From contig NC_007493.2 of assembly GCF_000012905.2 (NCBI RefSeq), positions 1,260,001 to 1,292,000 of the forward strand: a DNA stretch of 32,000 nt, written 5' to 3'. This document shows, one piece after another, positions 1 to 16,268 of the stretch; positions within the stretch are counted from its first letter, which is position 1, and each line of letters starts with the position of its first letter. The DNA comes from Cereibacter sphaeroides 2.4.1 (lineage in GTDB: Bacteria; Pseudomonadota; Alphaproteobacteria; Rhodobacterales; Rhodobacteraceae). The position numbers and the translations under genes were made by a program. The notes beneath the pieces were generated by a model. The model did not search any database. It saw nothing but the letters and a program-made list of their open reading frames with translations, and was not told the DNA's origin.

Positions 1-218
1 GCACGACGCTCACGAAGGAGATGTTTCTTAATCACCTTTACGGAGGCATGGACGAGCCCGAACTCAAGATCATCGATGTGTTCATCTGCAAGCTGCGCAA
101 GAAGCTGGCCGAGGCCACGGGGGGCGAGAGCTACATCGAGACGGTCTGGGGCCGGGGCTATGTCCTGCGCGATCCGGTGACGACCGAGACCGACCGGCGG
201 TTCGCCATCGGCGCCTGA
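1..218 (+). CDS. ctrA: CtrA cell-cycle response regulator, C-terminal winged-helix fragment (5' end outside window)
   Basis: The frame is open from nt 3 ([58 protein letters not shown]...) with TGA at 216-218. It matches the highly conserved OmpR-type DNA-binding C-terminus of alphaproteobacterial CtrA. Confidence 0.85.
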   Translation, partial: TTLTKEMFLNHLYGGMDEPELKIIDVFICKLRKKLAEATGGESYIETVWGRGYVLRDPVTTETDRRFAIGA

Positions 219-281
219 CCGGCCTGCCCGGGCGCGGCCTCCGGGACAGGCGGGCTGGACGAGGCTCGGGCGGTTGCCTAA

Positions 282-4510
<4,229 letters not shown>

Positions 4511-4689
4511 GCGGCCCTTCTGACCGTCGCCTTCACGAGCCCTGCCTGCACCCCCCGGTGAGGGTCGCTGCCTGCGGGCTGTTCGGCCTTTCTCACCCCC
4601 TGCGCCCAGCGGTGCTTGAACGGCTCAGGTCGACGACCGTTCCTGAGTTCCTGCTGTCCCCACGGTATGTTCTCTTAAAATCCCGTTCG

Positions 4690-4704
4690 GTTCTTAAAAA
4701 GTTC
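4690..4704 (+). promoter_or_regulatory. Candidate LexA (SOS) box GTTC-N7-GTTC overlapping a sigma70-like promoter
   Basis: GTTCTTAAAAAGTTC is an exact match to the alphaproteobacterial/R. sphaeroides LexA direct-repeat motif GTTC-N7-GTTC. It sits in an AT-rich island with extra GTTC copies at 4647, 4669 and 4685. It directly abuts TTTACA (4705-4710), followed by an 18-nt spacer and AACAAT (4729-4734), about 30 nt upstream of the small ORF at 4762. Confidence 0.5.
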
Positions 4705-4761
4705 TTTACACTGGTTAGCGGTTGTGGGAACAATGACGGAACATAAAGACGGAGATCGCTC

Positions 4762-4884
4762 ATGCTGACCGAGATGAAGGAAGTCCTGTCCCGCTGCTCC
4801 GAGACACTGATCGAGGATGCGCTTGGCGTGGCTGCCGTCTTTTCTCTTCTGATCGCGGCGCTCTACCTGCCGCACCTCGTCTGA
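4762..4884 (+). CDS. Unannotated 40-aa small protein with acidic N-terminal half and C-terminal transmembrane helix (MLTEMKEVLSRCSETLIEDALGVAAVFSLLIAALYLPHLV)
   Basis: This ORF is below the ORF-track size cutoff. GGAG at 4751-4754 lies 7 nt before the ATG, and an in-frame TAA at 4744-4746 makes this ATG the first possible start. 32 of 40 codons end in G/C, as in the real genes here. A promoter-like island lies upstream and a hairpin plus T-run downstream. Confidence 0.5.
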   Translation: MLTEMKEVLSRCSETLIEDALGVAAVFSLLIAALYLPHLV

Positions 4885-4962
4885 TCCGACTGCCTGCGAC
4901 CGGTCGCCCTCGGCAGCCGCCTGCTGCCTGTCCCCCAAGGATCCCCAGGACCGGACGCCACT

Positions 4963-4995
4963 GCCGCCGCCCCTTGCCCCGGGCGGCGGCCTTTT
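4963..4995 (+). terminator. Rho-independent terminator downstream of the small ORF
   Basis: A 10-bp GC stem GCCGCCGCCC (4963-4972) pairs with GGGCGGCGGC (4981-4990) around an 8-nt loop, followed by CTTTTC. Confidence 0.55.
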
Positions 4996-5034
4996 CATGC
5001 GGGCTGGCCGGTAGAGGCAGCGTCGGGCGGTTCG

Positions 5035-5475
5035 TCAGCCTTTATCGGCGAGGGCGAAGGCCTCGGCCGCCGCTTCCAGCGCGAGCAGGATGGAGGCGTG
5101 CCGGTTGCGGTAGTCGCGCGCGGGCAGGAGCACCTCGTAGCCCTCGAAGGGGGCGGCCGGCACCGGCCCGGCTTCGGTCAGCATGGCCTTCAATGCGTCG
5201 CGTGCGCCCTCGACCTCGGCGCGCGAGCGGCCGAGCAGCGCACCTCCCATGATCGAGGCCGAGGCCTGACCCAGCGCGCAGGCCTTCACATCCTGCGCGA
5301 ATTCGGCCACCCGCCCGTCCCGCAGGTTCAGATCCACGGTCACGGTCGAGCCGCAGACCGGCGAGCGCTTCCGCGCGCTGCCCTGTGGGTCGGCAAGCCG
5401 CCCGGTGTGCGGGATGTCCGCCGCCAGTTCGAGGATGCGCCCCGAATAGAGGCTGATCAGGTCGCTGTCGCTCAT
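5035..5475 (-). CDS. Iron-sulfur cluster assembly scaffold protein (NifU/IscU/SufU-like)
   Basis: The start is at MSDSDLISLYSGRILELAADIPH (ATG 5475, with AGAGGAAAG upstream). Conserved Cys residues sit in PVCGSTV and VKACALG contexts typical of NifU-N scaffolds. The track ORF start at 5559 is an upstream extension. Confidence 0.85.
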   Translation of the reverse strand: MSDSDLISLYSGRILELAADIPHTGRLADPQGSARKRSPVCGSTVTVDLNLRDGRVAEFAQDVKACALGQASASIMGGALLGRSRAEVEGARDALKAMLTEAGPVPAAPFEGYEVLLPARDYRNRHASILLALEAAAEAFALADKG

Positions 5476-5540
5476 GGCTTTCCTCTTTGCGCTCGACCTC
5501 CTAGATAGGCCTCCGCGCGTCCGATGGAAAGGAACCCGAG

Positions 5541-5900
5541 ATGGCCTTCGACCCCGCATCGCTCACCTTTGATGCCAATGGCCTCATCCCGGCCGTGGCA
5601 CAGGACCATGCGACCGGCGAGGTGCTGATGATGGCCTGGATGAACGCCGAGGCCGTCGCCCGCACCGTCGAGACCGGGTGCGTCACCTACTGGTCGCGCT
5701 CGCGGCAGGCCTTCTGGGTGAAGGGCGAGACGTCGGGCCATGTCCAGCGCCTGATCGAGCTGCGGATCGACTGCGACCGCGACTGCCTGCTGCTGCTCAT
5801 CGAGCAGGAGGGCCCGGCGTGCCATACCAACCGCCGCTCCTGCTTCTACACCGCGCTCCGCGAGGGCGAGGAGCGGATCATTCTCGACCCGATGGTCTGA
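5541..5900 (+). CDS. hisI: Phosphoribosyl-AMP cyclohydrolase
   Basis: 119-aa ORF with GLIPAVAQD...MMAWMN...YWSRSR...WVKGETSG...DCDRD...CHTNRRSCF, the canonical HisI signature. Confidence 0.95.
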   Translation: MAFDPASLTFDANGLIPAVAQDHATGEVLMMAWMNAEAVARTVETGCVTYWSRSRQAFWVKGETSGHVQRLIELRIDCDRDCLLLLIEQEGPACHTNRRSCFYTALREGEERIILDPMV

Positions 5901-6093
5901 CCGGCGTCGCGGGCGGCTCCGGGCCATCTGATTGCGCGTCTAGGTCCGCCGCGGGGGCAGGTCGGAACGCCTGAGCCCGGTCGACCAACGCCCGCGCCTC
6001 AAGCCGCCGGAGCGCCAAGCCGAGGAGATCCGATCCCGGATCGCGAAAGGCGGCGGAGGGCTGATGGCCCGAAGGTTCCCCTGACCCAGCCCT

Positions 6094-6927
6094 TCAGAAC
6101 CCCACCAGCGCGCGGACCTCGGCCGGGCTCAGGCCCTCGGCACGGTATTTCCCCAGCGCCTTCGAATCGTCGCGCTTGGCGAGCCGCTTTCCGGCTGCAT
6201 CCCGGATCAGCCGGTGATGGTGGAAGTCCGGGACGGGCAGGCCCAGCAGGCGCTGCAGGAGGACATGGATCGCGGTCGCCTCGAACAGATCGGCTCCGCG
6301 GACCACTTCGGTGACGCCCTGCGCGGCATCGTCCACCACGACGGCGAGATGGTAGGAGGTGCCGAAGCCGCGCCGGGCCAGCATCACGTCGCCCACGCTG
6401 CGGGCGAGGTTCTGCGGTGCGTGCCAGCCCTCGGCCTCCGGGCCGGTCTCGTGGAAGCGGAGCCCGCCCGCGTGCTCCTCCGCCCGCGCCATGTCGAGCC
6501 GGATTGCATCGTCGGGACCGGCCTCGGCCATGGGGCGGCCGCGGCAGGTGCCGGGATAGACGATCCCGTCGGGTCCGACCGGCACCCCCTCCTGCGGGGC
6601 GGCGAGGGCCGCTCGGATGTCGGCGCGGCTGCAGCGGCAGGGATAGGTGAGCTCCATGGCGGTCAGGCGGTCGAGCGCCGCGCGATAGGCCCCGCCGCGG
6701 TCGGACTGCCGCAGGACCGGCTCGGGCCACGCGAGGCCCAGCCAGTGCAGGTCGTTGAAGATCTGCGCCTCCCATTCCGGGCGGCATCGGCTGCGGTCGA
6801 TATCCTCGATCCGGAGGAGGGCCGTGCCGCCCGCGGCGCGCTGCCAGACGGTCAGCGCCGAGAAGGCGTGTCCCAGATGCAGCGGCCCCGTCGGCGAGGG
6901 GGCGAAGCGGGTTACGCGCCCAGCCAT
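6094..6927 (-). CDS. gluQ: Glutamyl-Q tRNA(Asp) synthetase
   Basis: Starts [25 protein letters not shown] (HIGH-type motif) and contains a KRLAKRD (KMSKS-like) motif. At 277 aa it is a truncated GluRS paralogue with no anticodon domain. ATG 6927 overlaps the trmFO stop by 16 nt. The longer track ORF (to 7554) runs inside trmFO. Confidence 0.9.
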   Translation of the reverse strand: MAGRVTRFAPSPTGPLHLGHAFSALTVWQRAAGGTALLRIEDIDRSRCRPEWEAQIFNDLHWLGLAWPEPVLRQSDRGGAYRAALDRLTAMELTYPCRCSRADIRAALAAPQEGVPVGPDGIVYPGTCRGRPMAEAGPDDAIRLDMARAEEHAGGLRFHETGPEAEGWHAPQNLARSVGDVMLARRGFGTSYHLAVVVDDAAQGVTEVVRGADLFEATAIHVLLQRLLGLPVPDFHHHRLIRDAAGKRLAKRDDSKALGKYRAEGLSPAEVRALVGF

Positions 6928-8246
6928 TCCGTGAAGGCTGCCTTCGCCCGGTCGGTATAGGCCTTGTAGCGGTCCTTGCGCCCGCGCCGGCCGCCCCTGG
7001 CGTCGATGGGCGGGAAGAGGCCGAAGTTCACGTTCATCGGCTGGAAGCTCTTCGCCTCGGCGCCGCCGGTGATGTGCGTGACCAGCGCGCCCATCGCCGT
7101 CTCGGGCGGCGGCGGCGGCAGGTCGCGCCCGAGGATCTCGGCCGCAGCCATCCGCCCGGCCAGAAGCCCCATGGCCGCGCTTTCGACATATCCTTCCACG
7201 CCCGTGACTTGCCCGGCGAAGCGGATGTTCGGTCTGAGCTTCAGCCGCATCCGGTCGTCGAGCAGGGTGGGAGAGTTCAGGAAGGTGTTGCGGTGGATGC
7301 CGCCCAGCCGGGCGAAGCTCGCATTCTCGAGCCCCGGAATCATCTTGAAAACAGCGGTTTGCGCACCGTATTTCATCTTCGTCTGGAAGCCCACGATATT
7401 GTAGAGCGTGCCCAGCTTGTTGTCCCGCCGCAGCTGGACCACGGCATGGGCCTTCTCCTCGGGCCGGTGGCTGTTTGTCAGGCCCACAGGCTTCATCGGC
7501 CCGTGGCGCAGGGTCTCGCGCCCGCGCTCGGCCATCACCTCGATGGGCAGGCAACCGTCGAAATAGCCTGCCGTTTCACCCTCGTGGAACTCGGTCTTTT
7601 CTGCCGCGAGCAGCGCGTCGATGAAGGCCTCGTATTGCTCCCGGTTCATCGGACAGTTGATGTAGGCGGTGCGCTCGTCCTCGGTTTCGCCCTTGTCGTA
7701 GCGCGACTGCCGCCAGGCCACTTCCATGTCGATGGTCTCGGCATAGACGATGGGGGCGATGGCATCGAAGAAGGCCAGCGCCTCGGCGCCGGTGAGCGCC
7801 CGCAGGCTTTCGGCCAGCGCGGACGAGGTGAGCGGCCCCGTGGCCACGATCCAGTTGCCGCTCGAAGGAAGATCGGCAACCTCTTCTTCCACAACGGAAA
7901 TCAGCGGATGGGCCCGCAGCCGCCCCGTCACGCTCTCCGCAAAGGGATCGCGGTCCACGGCGAGCGCGCCGCCCGCCGGCAGCCGGTGGGCGGCCGCCAT
8001 CTCCATGATGAGCCCGCGCGCGGCGCGCATCTCCCAGTGGAGCAGGCCCACGGCATTGCGCTCGTCATCGTCCGAGCGGAACGAGTTCGAGCAGACCATC
8101 TCGGCGAACTGGCCGGTGCGGTGGGCGAAGGTGCCCACCTTCGGCCGCATCTCGTGCAGCACGACGGGCACGCCCATTTCGGCGGCCTGCCATGCGGCCT
8201 CGGAGCCGGCCATGCCGGCTCCCACGATATGCAGGCTCTCTGCCAT
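6912..8246 (-). CDS. trmFO: Methylenetetrahydrofolate--tRNA-(uracil54-C5)-methyltransferase (FADH2-oxidizing)
   Basis: 444-aa ORF with N-terminal FAD fold [14 protein letters not shown] and Gid/TrmFO-type sequence throughout. Confidence 0.95.
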   Translation of the reverse strand: MAESLHIVGAGMAGSEAAWQAAEMGVPVVLHEMRPKVGTFAHRTGQFAEMVCSNSFRSDDDERNAVGLLHWEMRAARGLIMEMAAAHRLPAGGALAVDRDPFAESVTGRLRAHPLISVVEEEVADLPSSGNWIVATGPLTSSALAESLRALTGAEALAFFDAIAPIVYAETIDMEVAWRQSRYDKGETEDERTAYINCPMNREQYEAFIDALLAAEKTEFHEGETAGYFDGCLPIEVMAERGRETLRHGPMKPVGLTNSHRPEEKAHAVVQLRRDNKLGTLYNIVGFQTKMKYGAQTAVFKMIPGLENASFARLGGIHRNTFLNSPTLLDDRMRLKLRPNIRFAGQVTGVEGYVESAAMGLLAGRMAAAEILGRDLPPPPPETAMGALVTHITGGAEAKSFQPMNVNFGLFPPIDARGGRRGRKDRYKAYTDRAKAAFTEWLGA

Positions 8247-8249
8247 GGA

Positions 8250-11012
<2,763 letters not shown>

Positions 11013-11055
11013 GGGGAGGCTCTCTTTCGCGGCAAACCATATCTCGTTGGCCGGG

Positions 11056-11085
11056 ACTATAGACCATCCCGGATATGGGGTGCAA
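11056..11085 (-). promoter_or_regulatory. Possible sigma70-type gyrA promoter (TTGCAC-N18-TATAGT on the minus strand)
   Basis: The reverse complement of 11080-11085 is TTGCAC and of 11056-11061 is TATAGT, with an 18-nt spacer, about 45 nt upstream of the gyrA start. This is a motif match only. Confidence 0.3.
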
Positions 11086-11215
11086 TGCCGCGGGGCGCCG
11101 GGCCGCGGCCCCGCTGCGAGCAGCCGGTGGGTCCGAGTGACAACATACCGTTATCATTGAAAAATCGCCAGACTGCGGCATCCTTTTAACAGGATGCACT
11201 CATCGGAGGGTCACG

Positions 11216-11479
11216 ATGCGCGAGACGGAACTGATGCTGGCGGGCTACGGGCTGACCACGGCCGAGATCTTCTACCGGATGCCCGACCATCGGAATGTGC
11301 TCAACACCTTCGTCTGGCAAGAGTATGACCTCGCGCCGGACTATCCCGCGCTCTTCCGCTTCATCGAATTCTGGCAGGAGAAGATCGAGGGGCCGCTGCA
11401 TTCCGTGCGGTTCACGCATCGCAAGCTGATCCACCCCGGCGAATGGCGCAATGTAGTGGGCGAGTTCCGGCTGAACTGA
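11216..11479 (+). CDS. usg: Usg family protein
   Basis: 87-aa ORF with GGAGGG 6 nt upstream. The sequence (GYGLTTAEIFYRMPDH...LNTFVWQEYDLAPDYP...FWQEKIEGPLHSV) is the conserved alphaproteobacterial Usg-like family. Confidence 0.8.
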   Translation: MRETELMLAGYGLTTAEIFYRMPDHRNVLNTFVWQEYDLAPDYPALFRFIEFWQEKIEGPLHSVRFTHRKLIHPGEWRNVVGEFRLN

Positions 11480-11592
11480 AGGGGCGCCCGGCCGGTAGCG
11501 CAGGGTCTCAGGGGGGCGACCGTCAGGCCACAGCCGGCCGCGCCCACCGGAGCCCGCCTGCGACCGGCAGTGAGCCGCCGGGAAGCCGCCTC

Positions 11593-12519
11593 TCAGCCGA
11601 AGCTGCGCGTGGGCCTGTCGAAGACCTTGCGCCCCATGATCGAGGCGGCGAGTTCGACCATCAGCCGCGCGGTGCGTCCGCGCTCGTCGAGGAACGGGTT
11701 CAGCTCCACCAGATCGAGCGAGGTCACGAGACCGCTCTCGTGCAGAAGCTCCATCACCAGATGCGCCTCGCGCACCGTGGCGCCGCCCGGAACGGTGGTG
11801 CCCACCGCGGGCGCATGGGCGGGATCGACGAAATCCACATCGAGCGAGACGTGCAGCATCCCGTTGGCCGCGCGCACCTTCTCGAGGAACTCGCGCATCG
11901 GCGCGCAGATGCCGAACTCGTCGATCACCCGCATGTCGATGATCGAGACATCGTGGAGGAGGAGCGCCGCATGTTCCTCGGGATCGACCGAGCGGATGCC
12001 GAAGAGGCAGATCCGCTCGGGCGGCAGCGGCGCGGGGAAGGGCGGGAAGCCGTCGAACCCGTCGCGCCCGGCGGCATAGGCCACGGGCACGCCGTGGAGA
12101 TTGCCGGAGGTGGTGGTCTGGAGCGTGTGGAAGTCGGAATGGGCGTCGAGCCAGAGGAGGAACAGCGGCCGCCCCACCGCCGCCGCATGGGCCGCGGCCC
12201 CGGCCACGGTGCCGAGGGCAAGCGAATGATCCCCGCCCATCACGATGGGAAAGCCGTCGCCCAAGGCCTCTTCGACGGCGGTCTTCAGCGCCGCGGTCCA
12301 GCCGATCGTCTCGGGCAGGTCGTGAACCGGACCCTCCGGCGGCGTCATCTCGGGCAGGGGCCCGAGGGCCACGTCGCCGCGATCCTCGACCGCGTGACCG
12401 AGATCGGCGAGCGCGCGGCCGAGGCCCGCCACGCGATAGGCCGCAGGCCCCATCAGGCAGCCCGGGCGGCGCTGGCCGCTGTCGATCGGCGCGCCGATCA
12501 GGATGCAGGTCTTGCGCAT
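11593..12519 (-). CDS. rocF: Arginase (ureohydrolase family)
   Basis: Starts MRKTCILIGAPIDSG (ATG 12519, GGAGGG upstream). The Mn-binding motifs GGDHS, DAHSD and SLDVDFVDP are present. The track start at 12708 is an upstream extension. Confidence 0.9.
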   Translation of the reverse strand: MRKTCILIGAPIDSGQRRPGCLMGPAAYRVAGLGRALADLGHAVEDRGDVALGPLPEMTPPEGPVHDLPETIGWTAALKTAVEEALGDGFPIVMGGDHSLALGTVAGAAAHAAAVGRPLFLLWLDAHSDFHTLQTTTSGNLHGVPVAYAAGRDGFDGFPPFPAPLPPERICLFGIRSVDPEEHAALLLHDVSIIDMRVIDEFGICAPMREFLEKVRAANGMLHVSLDVDFVDPAHAPAVGTTVPGGATVREAHLVMELLHESGLVTSLDLVELNPFLDERGRTARLMVELAASIMGRKVFDRPTRSFG

Positions 12520-13006
12520 GGAAACCCTCCGTATCTGTGGCAGCGCATCATGGCGGCAGCCTGACGCGAGTGACCAGCCCCGCCGAGCCTTCCGGCCGGT
12601 CTTCCGCAGGGGCCGCGGCAGCGCAGGCCCAGGACGCTGCCGGGCGAGGGCTCCCGGCTTCCGGAAAGCCGCCTTCGCGCCTGTTCCTGCAAAAGCGCGA
12701 CAGGCCAACCGATCGCTGCATGCGGCGGTTCCTGTCCCGCAAGCTCCCGGAGGCCTCGAACCCGACCCCTGGAGGCACGTGAAAGGTCTTCGCTGCGCTC
12801 CGTCCCGCTTGCAGCGCGCTCTTCTCCTGGCAGGGCGCCACGGCGACCTTTGGCGGCGGCGTCCGGCCTGTCGCCGTCCGACGGCATGTCCTCGATCGGC
12901 GCAATCGACCGTCCGACCATCAAAATGACGGGAAGGCGACCGTCAGCCATTTAACCCGGCCGGGGATGCCGCTAAGGTTTGCGACGATTTCGGGAGGGCG
13001 GACCCT

Positions 13007-14977
13007 ATGATTGTCGAACTCGGCCATTTCGCGCTGGTGCTGTCGCTGGCTGTGGCCCTTGTGCAGTCCGTGGTGCCGCTCGTCGGCGCGGATCGGCGCT
13101 GGTCTGGCTGGATGGCGGTGGCCGAACCCGCGGCGGTCACCCAGCTTCTGCTGATCGGCTTCTCCTTCGCCGCGCTGACCTGGGCCTTCGTGACCTCGGA
13201 TTTCTCGGTGCGCCTCGTGGTGCTGAACTCGCACACGCTGAAGCCCATGCTCTACAAGATCAGCGGCGTCTGGGGGAACCACGAGGGCTCGCTGCTCCTG
13301 TGGGTGCTGATCCTCGCGCTGTTCGGAGCCTGCGCCGCGGTCTTCGGGCAGAACCTGCCGCCCACGCTCAAGGCGCGCGTGCTGGCGGTGCAGGGGATGA
13401 TCGGCGCGGCCTTCCTGGCCTTTCTCCTCTTCACCTCGAACCCGTTCCTGCGCATGGGCGAGGTGCCCTTCGACGGCGAGGATCTGAACCCGCTCCTGCA
13501 GGATCCGGGCCTCGCCTTCCACCCGCCCTTCCTTTACCTCGGCTATGTCGGCCTCTCGATGGCCTTCTCCTTCGCGGTGGCGGCCCTGATCGAGGGCCGC
13601 GTCGATGCCGCCTGGGGCCGCTGGGTCCGGCCCTGGACGCTCGCCGCCTGGGTGTTTCTCACCATCGGCATCGCGCTCGGCTCCTGGTGGGCCTATTACG
13701 AGCTCGGCTGGGGCGGCTTCTGGTTCTGGGACCCGGTCGAGAACGCCTCCTTCATGCCCTGGCTGATCGCGGCGGCGCTGCTCCACTCTGCCATCGTGGT
13801 CGAGAAGCGCGAAGCGCTGAAGAGCTGGACGATCCTGCTGGCCATCCTCGCCTTCGGCTTCTCGCTCATTGGCACCTTCATCGTGCGCTCGGGCGTCATC
13901 ACCTCCGTCCATGCCTTCGCCAACGATCCCGAGCGCGGGATCTTCATCCTGATGATCCTCGCGGTCTTCATGGGCGGGGCGCTCACGCTCTTCGCCGCGC
14001 GGGCGAGCGCCATGGAGGCCAAGGGGGTCTTCGGCATCGTCAGCCGCGAGTCGGGCCTCGTGCTGAACAACGTGCTGCTGACGGTGGCCTGTTTCGTGGT
14101 CTTCATCGGCACGATCTGGCCGCTCCTGGCCGAACTCCTCTGGGGCCGCAAGCTGTCGGTGGGTGCTCCGTTCTTCAACGCGGCCTTCACCCCCTTCATG
14201 GTGGTGATCGCCCTCGTCCTGCCTCTGGGCGCCGTCCTGCCCTGGAAGCGGGCCGAGCTCGGCCGCGGGATGCGGCCGCTCTGGGGGGCGCTCGCGCTCT
14301 CGGCGGCCCTGGGTGCGCTGGTCTTCGCGCTGCAGACGGGCCGGTCGGCGCTCGGGCCCGTCGGCCTCGCGCTCGGCGCCTGGCTCGTCTTCGGCACGCT
14401 CCTCGACCTCTGGGGCCGCACCGGGCGCGGCGCGCTCGGCGGGCGGCTCGCGCGCCTCCGGCGACTGCCGCGCGCGGACTGGGGCAAGGCCACTGCCCAT
14501 GCGGGCCTCGGCGTCACGATCTTCGCCGTGGCGGCCATCACCGCCTGGCAGGTCGAGTCGATCCGCGTGATGAAGCCGGGCGAGACCTTCGCCCTCGGCC
14601 GCTACGACGTCCTGCTCGAGGGCGTGCGCGAGATCGAGGGGCCGAACTACCGCTCGACCGTGGCCGACTTCCGCGTGACCCGCGACGGGGCCGAAGTGGC
14701 GACACTCCATCCCGAGAAGCGCGTCTATCCGGTGGCCGCCATGCCCACGACGGAAGCCGCCATCGACTACGGCTTCACCCGCGACCTCTACCTCGTGATC
14801 GGCGACCCGCAGGAGGGCGGCGGCTATGCGGTGCGCAGCTACATCAAGCCCTTCGCCAACTGGATCTGGGGCGGCGCGCTGCTGATGGCGCTCGGCGGGC
14901 TGCTGAGCCTCTCGGACCGCCGCTACCGCATCGCCGCCGGGGCGCGCCGGATGCCGGCCGCGGTGGCTGCAGAATGA
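13007..14977 (+). CDS. ccmF: Cytochrome c-type biogenesis heme lyase subunit CcmF
   Basis: 656-aa polytopic membrane ORF with the WWD motif WGGFWFWDPVENASFMPWL. GGGAGGG lies upstream of the ATG. Confidence 0.95.
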   Translation: MIVELGHFALVLSLAVALVQSVVPLVGADRRWSGWMAVAEPAAVTQLLLIGFSFAALTWAFVTSDFSVRLVVLNSHTLKPMLYKISGVWGNHEGSLLLWVLILALFGACAAVFGQNLPPTLKARVLAVQGMIGAAFLAFLLFTSNPFLRMGEVPFDGEDLNPLLQDPGLAFHPPFLYLGYVGLSMAFSFAVAALIEGRVDAAWGRWVRPWTLAAWVFLTIGIALGSWWAYYELGWGGFWFWDPVENASFMPWLIAAALLHSAIVVEKREALKSWTILLAILAFGFSLIGTFIVRSGVITSVHAFANDPERGIFILMILAVFMGGALTLFAARASAMEAKGVFGIVSRESGLVLNNVLLTVACFVVFIGTIWPLLAELLWGRKLSVGAPFFNAAFTPFMVVIALVLPLGAVLPWKRAELGRGMRPLWGALALSAALGALVFALQTGRSALGPVGLALGAWLVFGTLLDLWGRTGRGALGGRLARLRRLPRADWGKATAHAGLGVTIFAVAAITAWQVESIRVMKPGETFALGRYDVLLEGVREIEGPNYRSTVADFRVTRDGAEVATLHPEKRVYPVAAMPTTEAAIDYGFTRDLYLVIGDPQEGGGYAVRSYIKPFANWIWGGALLMALGGLLSLSDRRYRIAAGARRMPAAVAAE

Positions 14978-15429
14978 GGCTCGCGGCGCTTCTCCTCGCG
15001 GCCCTTCTGGCCACGCCCGCCTTTGCGGTGCAGCCCGACGAGATCCTGCCCGATCCGGCGCTCGAGGCGCGGGCGCGGGACATCTCGCAGGGGCTGCGCT
15101 GCCTCGTCTGCAGGAACGAGAACATCGACGATTCGAACGCCCAGCTCGCCCGCGATCTGCGGCTTCTCGTGCGCGAGCGGCTGGCGGCGGGCGACAGCGA
15201 TGCCGAGGTGGTCGAGTTCGTGGTGGACCGCTACGGCGAATATGTGCTGCTGAACCCGACCACGGGCGGGGCGAACCTGATCCTCTGGATCGCGGGTCCG
15301 GCCATGCTCGCGGGCGGGCTCGGGCTTGCGGCGCTCTATCTCCGCCGCCGCCGCACCGCGCCCGATGCGGCCTCGGCGGCCCTTTCCGACGAAGAGCAGG
15401 CGCGGCTCGCGGAAATCCTGAAGGACTGA
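14974..15429 (+). CDS. ccmH: Cytochrome c-type biogenesis protein CcmH (CycL)
   Basis: ATG 14974 overlaps the ccmF stop (ATGA). It has a signal peptide MRLAALLLAALLATPAFA, the motif LRCLVCRNENIDDSNA (CxxC) and a C-terminal TM helix. Confidence 0.9.
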   Translation: MRLAALLLAALLATPAFAVQPDEILPDPALEARARDISQGLRCLVCRNENIDDSNAQLARDLRLLVRERLAAGDSDAEVVEFVVDRYGEYVLLNPTTGGANLILWIAGPAMLAGGLGLAALYLRRRRTAPDAASAALSDEEQARLAEILKD

Positions 15430-15490
15430 CGCGCCGTTCCGCTTTCGCGGCCCTCCCGCCCGGCTATTCTGGGGCAAAGGGAGGGACAGA

Positions 15491-16265
15491 ATGGACTATC
15501 GCACGATCAGGGTCGAGCAGCAGGGCGGTCTCTGCCGTGTCACGCTCGCGCGGCCCGAGGTGATGAACGCACTCTCGAGCCGGATGCGCGAGGAGCTTCT
15601 CCATGCGGTGACCGAGGCCGGCACGCGCGCGCGCGCTCGTGCTGACGGGCGAGGGGCGCGGCTTCTGCTCCGGGCAGGATCTGGGCGACGCGCGCGCTCT
15701 GGGCGTCCCGGATTTCGAGCGCATCCTGCGCGAGGAGTACGAGCCGCTCCTGCGGGCCATCGCCCATTGCCCGCTGCCGACGCTCGCGGCCGTGAACGGG
15801 GTCGCCGCCGGCGCCGGGGCCAATCTGGCGCTCGCCTGCGACGTGGTGATCGCGGCCGAAAGCGCGGGCTTCATCCAGGCTTTCACCCGGATCGGACTGA
15901 TCCCCGACGCGGGCGGCACCTGGACGCTGCCGCGCCAGATCGGGCTCGCCCGGGCCATGGGGGCCACGCTCTTCGCCGACCGGATCTCCGCCGCCGACGC
16001 CGCCAGCTGGGGCATGATCTACGAGGCCGTGCCCGACGAGGCGTTCGAAACCCGCTGGCAGGCCCGCGCCGCCCATCTGGCAGAGGGCCCGACCGAGGCC
16101 TACCGCGGCCTGAAGCAGGCGCTGCGGGCCAGTTTCGACAACAGTTTCGAGGAGCAGCTGGCCCTCGAGGCGCGCCTGCAGGGGCAATGCGGCGCGTCCG
16201 CCGACTTTCTCGAAGGCGTCACGGCCTTCCTCGAAAAGCGCCCCGCCACCTTCTCGGGGCGCTGA
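15491..16265 (+). pseudogene. Enoyl-CoA hydratase/isomerase (crotonase family, PaaG-like) interrupted by a frameshift in a (CG)6 tract
   Basis: The N-terminus MDYRTIRVEQQGGLCRVTLARPEVMNALSSRMREELLHAVTEAGTRAR is in the frame of 15491. The rest (ALVLTGEGRGFCSGQDL...AAVNGVAAGAGANLALACD...) is in the frame of 15639. The switch falls in CGCGCGCGCGCGC at 15624-15636. The span is 775 nt, which is 3n+1. Confidence 0.8.
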
Positions 16266-16268
16266 CGC

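Noticed and set aside
221-251. An imperfect GC hairpin (GGCCTGCCCGG ... CCGGGACAGGC) after ctrA, considered as a terminator.
   Set aside because: The stem is bulged and no U-run follows. It is plausible but not supportable from sequence alone.
12745-12775. A tRNA-like GGGTTCGAGGCC (T-loop-like) string on the minus strand.
   Set aside because: The flanking bases do not form a T-stem, and no acceptor or anticodon arms can be drawn. This is a chance match.
12498-12950. A 150-aa minus-strand ORF filling the arginase-ccmF gap.
   Set aside because: It would read through the arginase start. Its GC3 decays after ~45 codons and the sequence turns Arg/Gly/Ser-rich. At most it is a gene remnant (noted under findings), not a callable CDS.
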